A DNA stretch of 64,000 bases from Macrostomum lignano (lineage: Eukaryota). The stretch lies in assembly GCA_002269645.1 (NCBI GenBank), contig NIVC01001405.1:62001-126000 (forward strand), in the 5' to 3' direction. The notes under the pieces were generated by a model. That model worked only from the letters and a program-made list of their open reading frames with translations. It was not told the DNA's origin and searched no databases. The position numbers were made by a program, and so were the translations under genes. Of this stretch, positions 42,230-57,318 are shown piece by piece; the first letter of the stretch is position 1, and every line of letters begins with the position of its first letter.

Positions 42230-42990
42230 ATATCAGTTAATTTCTTCTGAAATTTAATGCAGGCAGCACCAAAGTATGGAATTTCGATGACTGGATTAGA
42301 ATTCTCTTATTTTCCCTTTGCGTACTTTGTTCTTTCTTATCGACTTTCTTGAGCAGGAACCTGGAAATCTCATAATGAGTAAAACTTGACGGATATCCAC
42401 TTTTGGTCAGCATTTTCTTTATGTTGTTCAGTTCATTGATTCTTGTGAGTATGATTGAGCATGTCAAAAAACTCACCATGAGTTTGAGAATCGAAAATGG
42501 CGAACGTGTCATCGACATATCGATAGTTACATCCGTGGTGCCGATTTACTCTTTAACCACTCAGACTCCCAGTGCGTCAGGCATAAGTTAGCCAGCGTTG
42601 GAGCCAGCGGGCTGCCCATTGCACATCCATCAGTTTGACGATATAAATTGTTTTGAAACATTAAGATACCGTTGGTACTCAATTCGGGTAGTTTTTTTTA
42701 CTTTCGAGCATCGAACGGCGGTTTATTGGTATTGTTGTCGCTAAACACCTACTAGCACGGCAAGATCGATGGCGAGCTTCAACGGGACATTTGTGAACAA
42801 GGATTCAACATCGAAGCTAACCAACGTTTGGTCATCTGTGATGGTAACATCCGGTCATATATATGTCGCTGGGATGAGCGGCTTAATAAATTTATCAAGA
42901 TATTTGACCGGAATTTTAATAAGACTGAGATCTGAGTCTAAAGAACGACCCTGCCCACAGAGCTACACGATCAGCAGATCCCTAGTGTAG
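42230..42990 (-). mobile_element. Degenerate Penelope-like retroelement reverse transcriptase fragment
   Basis: Minus-strand peptides LVSFDVESLFTNVP (about 42785-42825), YRQTDGCAMGSPLAPTLAN (about 42590-42645), YRYVDDTFAIF (about 42495-42527), SGYP and IPYFG, broken by stops and frameshifts. Confidence 0.85.
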
Positions 42991-44169
42991 GTACTCAGAA
43001 CAGAACTCAAATCAGCTGGGCATCTCAAAGCCCCGCACCCGCTTGCTTGACAAAAAGCAAAGAGTGCCACTCACTGAACCGGCAGGCCAGCGCGCAAGCA
43101 AATGGTTGCAGGCAGAGAACAATGGCAGGCAAGGGTTTCCTTTTGCTCCGGAATTCAAACTGGATTGGCCTCGCTGGAAGGTTAAAAAAGTGAGCAGACT
43201 CGCCCGATTGACGAGTTCCCTACTTCTTTTCAGATTCCCTCGAAGCCCTGCGGAGCCATGAAACAAATGAAAGCCGCACTGGCAACCGAAAAGCAGGAAA
43301 ATTCAGAAAAACAAATTTGCATTATTTAAATTTTCCCCTAATGATGACACTGGATTTCTGTATGGTGAGCTTTAATAAATCAATTTTCAAAATTGGGCTC
43401 ACCTGTATGTTTGAGCAGGGCGAAAACAGCCGAGATGGTGGAGTGAAAAGTACACGTGAGAAAGGCTGAGAGCGAAGGCCAGAAGGAAGGAGTGAAGAAA
43501 GCCAATTAATTGGACGAATCAAACGGTGAGACAGACAAAAAAGGAAAATAAGTGGGGAGAAAGAATGTCGATGTCAACAACAAGCCAAATGCTGTGCAGA
43601 ATTTGCATTAATCTTCTTGCAACGTGACAATATAATGTTTTTGCTCCAGAGCTGCATCAGATTGCTTGTAAAGCGCATTCAAGAAAGCTTGTTCTGGATC
43701 GCAACCGTTGACTGCTCCTTGAACTCGTCAAAATGCAGCTGGGACAAACGCCGTCTTCTTCATTGGGATGTCAGTTCAATGCACAGGTTGTCAAGAGCGA
43801 TTGAAGCCGTCTTTTTGAATCCAACAGTTCTGAAATACTACAGCAGTCTGATTCCCTTGGCTTAAGTTCCATTGCATTCTTACAAAATTCTCCAATGCGC
43901 CATTCAGAGAATAGCACGCTTCAAAGCACTTTAAAGTGATTTATAGGGCCGCAGAAGCTTACCCAAATTAGAATTGTTGTCCATAGTAGCCCATTGTTAG
44001 AATATTGTCTGCCTGCCCCTTAGTAGCAGGTTTGCACTGCGTCAGACTTAGCGGCGAGAGCTCTGCGAAAATCTTTATGCAGTTCTGTAGTACACACAAC
44101 AGCTCAGCCATTCGCTTCCACACAGTGAGGCCCAGCTCAGGGCAGCGAGTGGGCTGAGCTCGCCGCTAA

Positions 44170-44379
<210 letters not shown>

Positions 44380-44382
44380 TAG

Positions 44383-44570
<188 letters not shown>

Positions 44571-45713
44571 TAAGTGTTCAGCAAATCATGCTGGCGACTG
44601 ACCAACAGGATGATCAGATTGAGATCAGCGCTCTGAATCAGTGAGTTCGGCTGCTGTGCCAGTCCACCTGTGATTGTGTAGTCCCAGTAGCTGCACATGT
44701 AATATGACATTCAGCCTCTGCATCCGGGTTCTCAGTAACTGTAATTCAAGCCAAGGCCAAGAGGTTTCCCAGAGCCACTTGCGTTGCCCCAGAGCCGTTT
44801 CAGAGTCGTTGCAGATAGCGCAGGTCGCGGTCGCGGTACAACTCGCCAAAAAGTCGTCAAACAATCGCCTTAAAGTCACTTTGACAACTCTCTCGCGACT
44901 CTGTTACGGTTCTAAAACTCACGTGACGCGCCTGTGACGTAACAGTCGCCTCTCCGTCGCATCAGACGCGTTTGAGTCGCTAAAAAGTCACCAGAGTCCC
45001 TAGCGAGTTGTTTGCAACGACTTTTCAGCGATTCTTGTCCGAATCTTGCAAACTGGAGCCAGCGCGCACTAAGTTGGTCTGCTCAGCCCCGTCTCTGGAG
45101 TCGCATTCTAGCATCCGCTCCCTCTACTGTCCTCTAAACTGCTCAAGCATGACTCACTCAGTTGGGAAAGCGCGGGCTGAACAATGCACTACTGGCCCAG
45201 CTATTTTAAGGCTGAGTAGAGAGTTGGAGCATTGAGCAGACAGGCGAATTCCGTGCCCACGCAAGGCTCAGCATGCAGGATTCTTGGGGATTTTTAGCAA
45301 CTTTTCTTCGACAATGCTCCCCAGAGGAAGCGCTACAGGTGGCTGTGAAGTGGGCTGTACTCGCAAGCAGCACGGGACTATGGGGATCCTTGGCGGCCTG
45401 TAGCCGGGCTGAGGGAGATTAGAGGAGAGGAGAGGTGAGCAGTGCGGATCCCAACAGCTCATCTTGAGTAGCTCAGCTGAGCACATGGTTCTGCAGTGTT
45501 GATCGCGGAGCGGACTAGATATTTTTGGCTTGAGAAAAGCTTAAAATAAAATTAGATCAGATATAGGCAAGCTAGAATGAGGTTCTCAACACGCATCATC
45601 AATTCACAATTGATCACAAATCCCAATCTTATCCAAAAGCTCCAATCTCATTTCTGTACTGTAGGTTTAAAGTACACCCCAAGATCCCTAGTTCGCAAAG
45701 CAATCCTTTCTGA

Positions 45714-46673
<960 letters not shown>

Positions 46674-46810
46674 TCAGAAAGAGATGATCAAGCCAAAGAC
46701 TTGCCGCTCCGTTGCTTATCGTTTCTGTTTGTAGCAGTCAAGTGGCAGTTTTGGTTAACAGGACAACAGTTGCTACAATGATTGCTTCCGAGCTGAAAGC
46801 TGGTTCTGAT

Positions 46811-47150
46811 GACAATGCTTGCTATGGAAATTGTTGCTATGACAATGCTTGCTATGGAAATTGTTGCTATGACAATGCTTGCTATGGAAATTGTTGCTAT
46901 GACAATGCTTGCTATGGAAATTGTTGCTATGACAATGCTTGCTATGGAAATTGTTGCTATGACAATGCTTGCTATGGAAATTGTTGCTATGACAATGCTT
47001 GCTATGGAAATTGTTGCTATGACAATGCTTGCTATGGAAATTGTTGCTATGACAATGCTTGCTATGGAAATTGTTGCTATGACAATGCTTGCTATGGAAA
47101 TTGTTGCTATGACAATGCTTGCTATGGAAATTTTTGCTATATCAATGGTT
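46811..47150. repeat. 30-bp minisatellite (two related 15-mers), about 11 copies
   Basis: Unit GACAATGCTTGCTAT-GGAAATTGTTGCTAT. Confidence 0.98.
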
Positions 47151-48256
47151 GCTATGATAGTTTTTGCCTTATAGTGTAAATACTAAAACTGGTGCGATGT
47201 TTGTGTGTATGTATTTATTATAAAAATGCTGTGTATTTTTAGTTTACGGTGTATTACGCAGATTATTTTAATCTCCAGTTTACAGAGCTGCAAAATCTCT
47301 TACGCAGCGCCGATGCCGCCCTGAATGACTACTGAAGTCTTCTATCTTTCCCGCTCTTGTCGATGTAAATAAAGTCTTTCAATTTGATTGAAATAGAAAA
47401 AAAACTAAACAAATGAACGCAGATACTACTTAAAATAGATTTTTAATGAGTAGTAGCGAATAAAGTTCTGAGAAACGATATTTATTAGACAATAATATAT
47501 ATAGCATGGTCGTTTTCACTAAAAAATAGCTGCTTTCAGAGGCCAGCCACTGAAACTTCATGCTAGCAAAGATGTCAACACCAAAGAATAATATCCAACA
47601 AGAGTAAAAATTTAAATGAGAAGTAGATAGAAATTTAGGAATAATTTTCGTAATACTTTTTTCCAAGAAAAAAGTGGAATTTCTACGAATCCCCGTAAAA
47701 CAGCTGGGCGCTCTCGAGCAGGCTGTTTGTTCAACCAACCAAAAGTTTTGTTGCAGGCTTTCATCACACAAGCTAAAAGCTAAAAGCGGTAAAAATGTGT
47801 AAATCATCAGCTGCGTGAGAAACAATAATATCAATACGCTCTGATTTGATTCAGCAAATGTGGCGAATAAAACTCTATAAATATTACTAGGAATGCGCAG
47901 CAGCACAGTAGTATCACAAGAGCACGGCAGCCAGATGGTTAAAAAATTCAATAAATAATAATTAGCTAAGCCTAGAGAAGGAACTAAGCGAGAGATTAAA
48001 ATGGATTAGGATTCAAAATGAATAAAATTGGCGGTCATAAAACAGATAGGATGACGGGCAATAGGAGGCAGCAGGCATATCTAGAATATTAGTGAACAAA
48101 ATGGCAGTTTGATTTCAGCAGCAGGCAGTAGAAGACAATATTCGATACTCTGACAAACTCGATCTCAGCCCTCTGAGCAGCTGCCGCTCTCCCGCTTAGC
48201 CCGGAGATGCGCCCGGTTTTGCAGCTGGAATCGGTCGAGCGTTGCTTGCATTCGCG

Positions 48257-51200
48257 TCACACCTGGCAGAGGTAAAACTAATAAATCTGTGTAATTAGCA
48301 CACTCACCTTCAGTGCGGCTCGCTTCTTATGCTCAGTAATGGCGATTTCCTCCTCAATCCAATGGGGCACGTCCGGTATGGCCTTGGCTATGATGTACTT
48401 TAGAACTAGTACGATGTGCTGCGGTGGGAAATGCGAGCGATTGGTTGAGTGGGGTGACGGGTGCTCTGGCTGGAGTGTGTACATTGGGTGGAGTAGGGTG
48501 GCGGGTGCTCTGGCTGGAGTGTGTACATTGGGCGGAGTAGGGTGGCGGGTGCTCTGGCTGGAGTGTGTACATTGGGTGGAGTGAGGTGGCGGTTGCTCTG
48601 GCTGGAGTGTGTACATTGGGTGGTGGAGTGGGGTGGCGGGTGCGCTGGCTGGTGTGTACATTGGGTGGAGTGGGGTGGCGGGTGCTCTGGCTCGAGTGTG
48701 TACATTGGGTGGAGTGGGGTGGCGGGTGCTCTGGCTGGAGTGTGTACATTGGGTGGAGTGGGGAGGCAGGTGCTCTGGCTGGCGTGTGCATTTGAATATA
48801 ATGGGGTGGCAAGTGTCAATTTGATCAAATCACATTTGATTTGGTGCTGTTGGCCAGAAAAGTACTCCATGATGGCTTGCACCAATAAATACAAAACCTG
48901 AAACCCCAAGCGGCTCACCTCAAACAGGACCAGCAGCAGGACTACCTGAGCCGGGCTGAGGCTGGGGAACCATCGGCTGACTGCGCCGCTGACGCCGAGC
49001 AGGGCAACATTCACGGTGACGGCTACGCAGCTGATGCCCTCCAGAGCCATCTGCCAGACGCCAATGTCTGACACCTTGGTGCCGAAGGGACGCCTGAAGC
49101 CGGTGCACAGTTTGAAGGCGTCGGACCGGATCTCCATGACATTGTTGATGAGGCAGAAGACGCCAGCGAGGGGCAGGGCGCAGGAGAACATGCACATGTA
49201 GCCGTACTGGATGAACATCTCCAGGTAGTCTTCGTAGGGGTCATCGTACTGGACAATGGGATTGGCAAACAGAAGGGAAAAATAGGAAATCGAGGTTCAA
49301 GTAGTGTCTCTAAGCTACGCAGACACCACAGACACTGGGCCAGCACCCTCAGCTCTAAGCTACGCACACACCCCAGACAGTGCTCCAACTCCCCTCTAAG
49401 CTACGCACACACCCCAGACACTGCTCCAACACCCCTCTAAGCTACGCACACACCCCAGACAGTGCTCCAACACCCCTCTAAGCTACGCACACACCCCAGA
49501 CAGTGCTCCAACACCCCTCTAAGCTACGCACACACCCCAGACACTGCTCCAACACCCCTCTAAGCTACGCACACACCCCAGACAGTACTCTAACACCCTC
49601 AGCTCCAAGCTACGCACACACCCCAGACACTGCACCAACACCCTCAGCTCTAAGCTACGCACACACCCCAGACACTGCACCAACACCCTCAGCTCCAAGC
49701 TACGCACACACCCCAGACACTGCGCCAACACCCTCAGCTCTAAGCTACGCACACACCCCAGACACTGCTCCAACACCCCTCTAAGCTACGGACACACCTC
49801 AGACACTGCACCAACACCCTCAGCTCTAAGCTACGCACACACCCCAGACACTGCTCCAACACCCTCAGCTCTAAGCTACGCACACACCCCAGACACTGCA
49901 TCAACACCCTCAGCTCTAAGCTACGCACACACCTCAGACACTGCGCCAACACCCTCAGCTCTAAGCTACACACACACCCCAGACACTGCTCCAACACCCT
50001 CAGCTCTAAGCTACGCACACACCTCAGACACTGCTCCAACACCCTCAGCTCTAAGCTACGCACACACCCCAGACACTGCGCCAACACCCTCAGCTCTAAG
50101 CTACGCACACACCTCAGACACTGCGCCAACACCCTCAGCTCTAAGCTACGCACACACTCCAGACACTGCGCCAACACCCTCAGCTCTAAGCTACGCACAC
50201 ACCTCAGACACTGCGCCAACACCCTCAGCTCTAAGCTACGCACACACCCCAGACACTGCGCCAACACCCTCAGCTCTAAGCTACGCACACACCCCAGACA
50301 CTGCGCCAACACCCTCAGCTCTAAGCTACACACACACCCCAGACACTGCTCCAACACCCTCAGCTCTAAGCTACGCACACACCCCAGACACTGCTCCAAC
50401 ACCCTCAGCTCTAAGCTACGCACACACCCCAGACACTGCGCCAACACCCTCAGCTCTAAGCTACGCACACACCCCAGACACTGCTCCAACACCCTCATCT
50501 CTAAGCTACGCACACACCCCAGACACTGCGCCAACACCCTCAGCTCTAAGCTACGCACACACTCCAGACAGTGCTCCAACACCCAATAGTAAGTCAAACC
50601 AGACACTCACGGCTTCCAGACTGGCTTCAACTTCGGTCTGTGTGATTCCCGGACTGCCCTCGGTGTCCGGGGCAGTGTCCGGTTCGGCCGAGTCGCGCTT
50701 CTTCTGCCTTTCGTAGTCGAGGCTCATCTTGTAGTTACGAATTCGGGACATCACAAACGGGATGCCGACCTCCTTGATGTTGTCGATGATTTGGCGGGTG
50801 AGCAGGAGAGCTGCGAGTTGCTGCAAGATTCAGCGGATGGTGCCATTAGGCACAGGTCTTAGGCGAGTGTTTGGGGTGACACAGAATGACATAGATAATA
50901 CCCGCTGCAAGATTCATCCAATTTCTAAGCCATCAACAAGTAATTTAGTAAGTACTTCGAACTAACTAAACGAAACAAACCACAAAGATTCGACATCCGG
51001 TGTCAGTACGAACCTGCTTGAGCATGCTCATGTCCTGGCGGTAGAATGCCACGTAGAATAGCGACAGGAACGAGTTCACCGATTGAAACTGGAGTTTTTA
51101 GGAGTCTGTTTTTTAATTTTTAATTGATAAATGTGACATGAGCTAAATAATAATTTTGTAAACAGATGGACTTACCAAAACCAGCTTGATGATCAGGTGA

Positions 51201-54200
51201 CTTCTGTAAGACTCTTCCACGCGAATGTTCTCTGATTTTTGAATAAAGGATATTTGCTGAATTAAAACCCATTAGAATCCAGTTACCCATTAGAATCCAG
51301 TTACCCATTGGAATCCAGTTACCCATTAGAATCCAGTTACCCATTGGAATCCAGTTACCCATTAGAATCCAGTTACCCATTGGAATCCAGTTACCCATTA
51401 GAACCCAGTTACCCATTAGAACCCAGTTACCCATTAGAATTCAGTTACACATTAGAATTCAGTTAACCATTGGAATTTAGTGACCCAAATGAATGCAGTG
51501 ACGTATTAAGAGTCCCATGACGCATGGGATTTCGCAGATTTCAGTGATCCATGAGATTTCGCAGAGTTCAGTGACCCATGGGATTTCGCAGAGTTTAGTG
51601 ACCCATGGGATTTCGCAGAGTTCAGTGACCCATGGGATTTCGCAGAGTTCAGTGACCCATGGGATTTCGCCGAGTTCAGTGACCCATGGGATTTCGCAGA
51701 GTTCAGTGACCCATGGGATTTCGCAGAGTTCAGTGACCATGGGATTTCGCAGAGTTCAGTGACCCATGGGTATTTCCAGAATCCAGTGTCGGTGACATTC
51801 AATCGCATTCGCACCCAGCACGCATCCACTGTCGCCCTCACCCAAATCGTTCAGCCACTTGGCGATGCCCTTGTAAAAATAGTCGCACATGGAGATGACA
51901 AGGGCGTTGGTGACTTTCGGTGCAAAATCCACCACGGACGGCAGCGCCTTCTCCGTCACCATCTCGGTGATCCAGTCCTGGAAGGCGAACTGCAGCAGCA
52001 TCAGGCAGACCACCGCGGCCAGGCAGGCAGCGATGACCGGCAGGCTGATCAGGTAGCGGATGGCCAGCCGCTTCCATGCCGGATACGCCAGGGTCACGCG
52101 GCCCGTGATGCGGCTGATGCTGGGCTGGCCCTGCGGCGTGGTACGGAGCTCGCTTTGCGCTTTGTACTTAACTGACCCGCAAAATACACTTAACCCATGC
52201 AATACACCTTGACCCATGCAATACACCTTGACCCATGCAATACACCTTGACCCATGCAATACACCTTGACCCATGCAATACACCTTGACCCATGCAATAC
52301 ACCTTGACCCATGCAATACACCTTGACCCATGCAATACACCTTGACCCATGCAATACACCTTGACCCATGCAATACACCTTGACCCATGCAATACACCTT
52401 GACCCATGCAATACACCTTGACCCATGCAATACACCTTGACCCATGCAATACACCTTGACCCATGCAATACACCTTGACCCATGCAATACACCTTGACCC
52501 ATGCAATACACCTTGACCATGCAATACACCTTGACCCATGCAATACACCTTGACCCATGCAATACACCTTGACCCATGCAATACACTTGACCCACATCAG
52601 CAACCATGAACCACATCAGCCACTATGACCAACATCAGCCACCATGACCCAGATCAGCCAACCATGACCCACATCAGCCACCATGACCAACAACAACCAC
52701 CAGGACCTACATCAGCCACCATGACCCACATCAGCCACCATGACCCACATCAGCCACCATGACCCACATCAGCCACCATGACCCACATCAGCCACCATGA
52801 CCCACATCAGCCACCATGACCCACATCAGCCACCATGACCCACATCAGCCACCATGACCCACATCAGCCACCATGACCCACATCAGCCACCATGACCCAC
52901 ATCAGCCACCATGACCCAGATCAGCCAACCATGACCCACATCAGCCACCATGACCCACATCAGCCACCATGACCCACATCAGTCACCATGACCCACATCA
53001 GCCACCATGACCCACATCAGCCACACCATGACCCACATCAGCCACCATGACCCACATCAGCCACCATGACCCACATCAGCCACCATGACCCACATCAGCC
53101 AACCATGACCCACATCAGCCACCATGACCCACATCAGCCACCATGACCCACATCAGCCACCATGACCCACAACGGCCACAAAAAGCTTATAAGAAAATGC
53201 CCTACCTTAAACAGCGGCCGGCACTCGTCCAGCAGGTCGGTGTTGCCGCTGTCCAAGGTGCCCCAGTCGTAGGTGAGCACAGAGCTGTGCCGCTTCCACA
53301 TCTCCAGGTAGACGGTGGCCCAGAGGATGTTGAAGCAGACCAGCAGCCCGCAGGCGGCGTCGCTTGAGCTCAGAAAGTGCGCCACGGCGCCGACCAGGGC
53401 TGGAGCCAGCAAGGCCATGGTGTAGAAGCCCAGCCAGGCAAAGTACAGAGCGACCTTTACTCCGAAATATTCCTGCACTGCGTTAAGCGGCTGCGGCCGG
53501 AACAGCCGGCCAACCCAGCTGGCCTGAAGGCGGCTCAGATCGCGCTGGCAGTGCAGCGGGAAAACCGCCTGGACCAGGCCGCGCACCTGCGGGCAACATG
53601 AGCACAGTCATAGCTCATACTGTACATGAGCACAGTCATAGCTCATACTGTACATGAGCACAGTCATAGCTCATACGGTACATGAGCACAGTCATAGCTC
53701 ATACTGTACATGAGCACAGTCATAGCTCATACTGTACATGATCACAGTCATAGCTCATACTGTACATGAGCACAGTCATAGCTCATACGGTACATGAGCA
53801 CAGTCATAGCTCATACTGTACATGATCACAGTCATAGCTCATACTGTACATGAGCACAGTCATAGCTCATACTGTACATGAGCACAGTCATAGCTCATAC
53901 TGTACATGATCACAGTCATAGCTCATACTGTACATGAGCACAGTCATAGCTCATACTGTGCATGAGCACAGCTCATACCTGCAGTTGCGGCAGCGCTGGC
54001 TGCTGCTCAGTCAGCGAGAGTCCCGGCCAGCAATTGGCTGCCTCGAGCCGCCAGCTCAGCAGAAGATGCCGCACGAGTCCCTGGCGCTCCTGGCTACTGA
54101 AAAAGTCGCTGGCAGACTGGCCATTAGCGAACAGGTCGAGCTCCTCCAGGGTGAACTCCTGGTAGCCGCCGCCGTAGCTGCTGCGGAGGCGCTTGCGAAG

Positions 54201-54718
54201 ACCCACCGTGTCCGCGGCCTTTAATAGGCTGGCCATGGGCGAGCCAAGTGGTTGGAGGTGAGCGAGCGCCACTACCCTTCCTGATCTAACTGGTGCCGCA
54301 TCACACCTTCACACCTAAATCCTCTAGAACCCCAGAAATATTACAAAATAATTTTTTTTCGGAGTCAAGCCAAACCTTCTAAAAGACGCGGTAACATAGA
54401 GAGCAACGCATCTGGAGTACTGCAGTTCCACTTGACGCAGAGTGAGATCAGGCACATGATTCAGCAGCGAGTGCCGGCACCAAGCAACGAATTCCTTGTC
54501 AGCATCGCGTGGAAACATGACGACGATATCGCAGTCAGGCACGGGCTCAGTGGAAACGGTCAGCCAGCGCTTGGCGGAGATCATCAGCTGGCCAGTGTCA
54601 GCGAAGTCTTTTGGAAATGACCGGATGCGGTCTGCGAGTCAGAATCAGAAGATGTAGCTTTACAAAAAATGTCACTACCATGCAGACAGAAATAAGATTA
54701 AAATTAATCCCTACCCAT
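48257..54718 (-). CDS. ANO8: Anoctamin/TMEM16 family protein, ANO8-like, about 655 aa, 11 coding exons
   Basis: Exons 54718-54715, 54631-54376, 54228-53979, 53586-53206, 52130-51842, 51231-51176, 51088-51014, 50820-50611, 49248-48919, 48418-48308 and 48262-48257 (last exon uncertain), all GT-AG and in frame. Motifs CDIVVMFP, FSSQERQ, QPLNAVQEYFGVKVALYFAWLGFYT, YPAWKR, HLIIKL, EDYLEMFIQYGY, NNVMEIRSDAFKLC, RRPF and IPDVP. The N-terminus matches my recollection of ANO8 rather than ANO10. Confidence 0.9.
48445..48790. repeat. 44-bp G-rich intronic minisatellite
   Basis: Unit TGGGTGGAGTGGGGTGGCGGGTGCTCTGGCTGGAGTGTGTACAT. Confidence 0.95.
49308..50585. repeat. 45-bp (and 41-bp variant) intronic minisatellite, about 29 copies
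   Basis: Unit CTCTAAGCTACGCACACACCCCAGACACTGCGCCAACACCCTCAG. Confidence 0.98.
51268..51480. repeat. 18-bp intronic minisatellite
   Basis: Unit CCCATT(A/G)GAATCCAGTTA. Confidence 0.95.
51520..51780. repeat. 27-bp intronic minisatellite
   Basis: Unit GTGACCCATGGGATTTCGCAGAGTTCA. Confidence 0.96.
52185..52592. repeat. 19-bp intronic minisatellite A, about 21 copies
   Basis: Unit GACCCATGCAATACACCTT. Confidence 0.98.
52593..53170. repeat. 19-bp intronic minisatellite B, about 30 copies, abutting array A
   Basis: Unit ATGACCCACATCAGCCACC. Confidence 0.97.
53597..53978. repeat. 28-bp intronic minisatellite, about 13.5 copies, filling almost the whole intron
   Basis: Unit CATGAGCACAGTCATAGCTCATACTGTA. 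Confidence 0.98.
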
Positions 54719-57318
54719 GAGTTTTGGCTGCTGCTGTGGGGCACACTGAGTAGCCTGAGGCTGCAGTAACTCCTTTTCTTCCATTGCAGTTATCTGATAT
54801 TAAATATTAAGCTAAAAAGTGGAAAGGTATCATATAAAATTCAGTCTGGCATACAAAAGTTACCAAAAAGTAAAATTCTTTATGTTTTCCATGGGTCTAA
54901 TCAGATAAGCTTTTGCTTGAATTCAAAGAAAAAGATGAAAACATATTATTTAGCCAAGCAAATTGAAAACTTAAATTAGCACAGGAAACAAACACAATAA
55001 AACAATCATATACTGTAAGCTTCAATAATCAAAGGTTTAACAATACTTTTTTATTCATAATTTTGTCCTATTTTATATTAAAGATAATACATTCAGTCAT
55101 TCATAATCATAAGACATAGTCAGATTAAACAGCAAACTATTTTGTGATATCTTATTACCTAATTCCCTATTTCAATTTAATACTGAAAATTGACTTTTTG
55201 GGACTACTGTAATTCGAAAATCATTTAACAGTCAAGAGTCATATGCACACTTCGCAATCGCAAAAATATTTTGACTTTTTAAATTCCTGATGTCAAGACA
55301 GTTAGCCTGTCCTGTCTTCTAACAAAAAGTGAATCAAGTTTGACATAAAGTAGTGTGTTGTCAATCGCAAACCTACTTGTTAAAAAGTATTGCAAAAATT
55401 AAAGGAATGAACATTGTAAATAATTATCCATTAAATAATACCATAAAACAACAAATAATGTAAGCAAGTAAAAACTTTTTGGGCGCTTGGTTGGTTTCTA
55501 AGAAAGTTCTGAATTTATAATTTATAATTTGTGTTACTGCTCCGAAATAATTCCGGCGGCTCTATGTGGAATCGTGATCAATTTCTGAGACGTTTAAATC
55601 TTATACTACTGAGCAATCACAATTTATAACTTAAATAACCAACTAGACAATTTGATCTTTAAAAGTTGTAATTTTCTGACTCAACTTGTTGGCTCCTAAA
55701 TAATTACTCTACGTTTGACTAGTTTTAACAATATACATCGTAATGCTTATAGGCATTACTTAATAAACTGAACAAAAGCTTCTTAGCGCCAGAAGTCCTG
55801 TATTTTAATCAAAATTAAATTTTTATTTTTACTGTTTAGTTTGTTTCCTAAGCGCAAGATTTGTCGTTTGCGTTCTTTTGAAGTCTCATTCAACACCCGA
55901 GAGACCTCTACAACTATAGAAAGTCCGCCCGCGCGGAGCAGTGGCAGCAGTGTAGCATGTCACTCGTAATTTTATTTTTTTTTAAATGCACAGTCCCACT
56001 GAAAATGGGCTTTGTGATTTTTACAATTGAATCCCTTTTGGGTCCTAATATTTTTGCTTACTTTAGTTTTGTGATTTAAAAAATTGATTTAAATTGACAA
56101 AAAAGTGGTTTAAAAATTGGCTTGGCTACACATAATTTGTAGCATATACATTTGCATGGGATTTGCGTGTACATTTGTGATGTGTTTAATGTTGAATTAC
56201 AATTGTTTTATATTATATATTATTTAATTTAATGTACATTATTGTACGTGGTATATTAGTATATATATAGGCTATGGCCTGGGCTATGGCATTAGATTGC
56301 TTCAAGGACCTTGTTGCACTTTGCATTTAAGAGTTTATTCCAAAAATAGTGTATATTTGAGAAGAATAGGCCTATAGATAGATTACAGCAAGTTAAAAAA
56401 TGTATTGTCTATAAAACTATAAAAGTACATAAAGCTCTTATGATATGTATTTACTGTAGGCCTTATGTTATATTCTATTAGGGTCTATATTATATTTTTA
56501 CCATATAAAATATATAGTAGAACTAAAACATTGCCATATAGTAAGACCTAAATATTGAAAAGGTTATAGCCATTTAAAGAAAACCCCTTTTTCACCTTTT
56601 TAATTTTTGCATATACTAGGCTATAAATATGATCATTGGATGCCCTACCATATTTGCATTTAAAGAGATGCATGACCTTTTTTACATTGTGACTATAAAT
56701 TACCTTTTTAAATTGCATAAATAGAACCCTAATAACAGAATTTGGTTGATTTTTATGCTTTTTTGGCAATACTATTTACAACATAAAATAGATACATGCA
56801 AAGATTTGTTTAAATACTTTTTTACATGCTTGAAACACCAGAAAGCTTGAAATTTATGCTTAAAAGTTATGTTTTTTTTTTCAAATTTAAGGCTAAAAGC
56901 ATTGCCATTTAATTAGTACTATTATTTCTATATTTTTGGATACGAATTTTTGCAGCTTACCTTGGCTAGGTGACTTGCAAGCCAGATTGGCTGGCTTGGC
57001 CAGGTGTTGTGCATATATGATATATATCTAACATGTATCTGGCATTTTGTAGATGAAACATTCTAATAAATATGTAATACTTCTTATCTATTTAATTTTT
57101 TAAATAAAGTTTGGTGCTAAAAATTTAATCAATTCAAAAATTGTACTGCAATTTGATGTAACAATGTTTGTGAATTCGCAAGTTTTGCTATTTTGAAAGG
57201 TGCATTAGCAATACTAGTAGTTAAAAAATGTCCGATGAAACCCTGAATATTCAGGTCAAATGCATTTGATTTTGAATCACAACAGACTCAAATTGCAACT
57301 AAGTCTGCAGCCCTCGAG

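Noticed and set aside
43600-44000. Possible decayed transposase on the minus strand
   Set aside because: I could not recover diagnostic DDE motifs in any frame.
46712-47179. Cys/Tyr-rich repeat protein (CCYDNACYGN)n
   Set aside because: It is a 30-bp stop-free minisatellite with a TTG start and no signal peptide; several frames are equally open.
47430-47951. 173-aa hydrophobic minus-strand ORF
   Set aside because: AT-rich sequence downstream of ANO8, probably 3' UTR; no family motifs.
48278-52616. Repeat-rich ORFs (LGCVRSLELRVL, MGQGVLHGSRC, PPHSTQCTH and similar)
   Set aside because: Intronic minisatellite translations, partly fused to real ANO8 exons by read-through.
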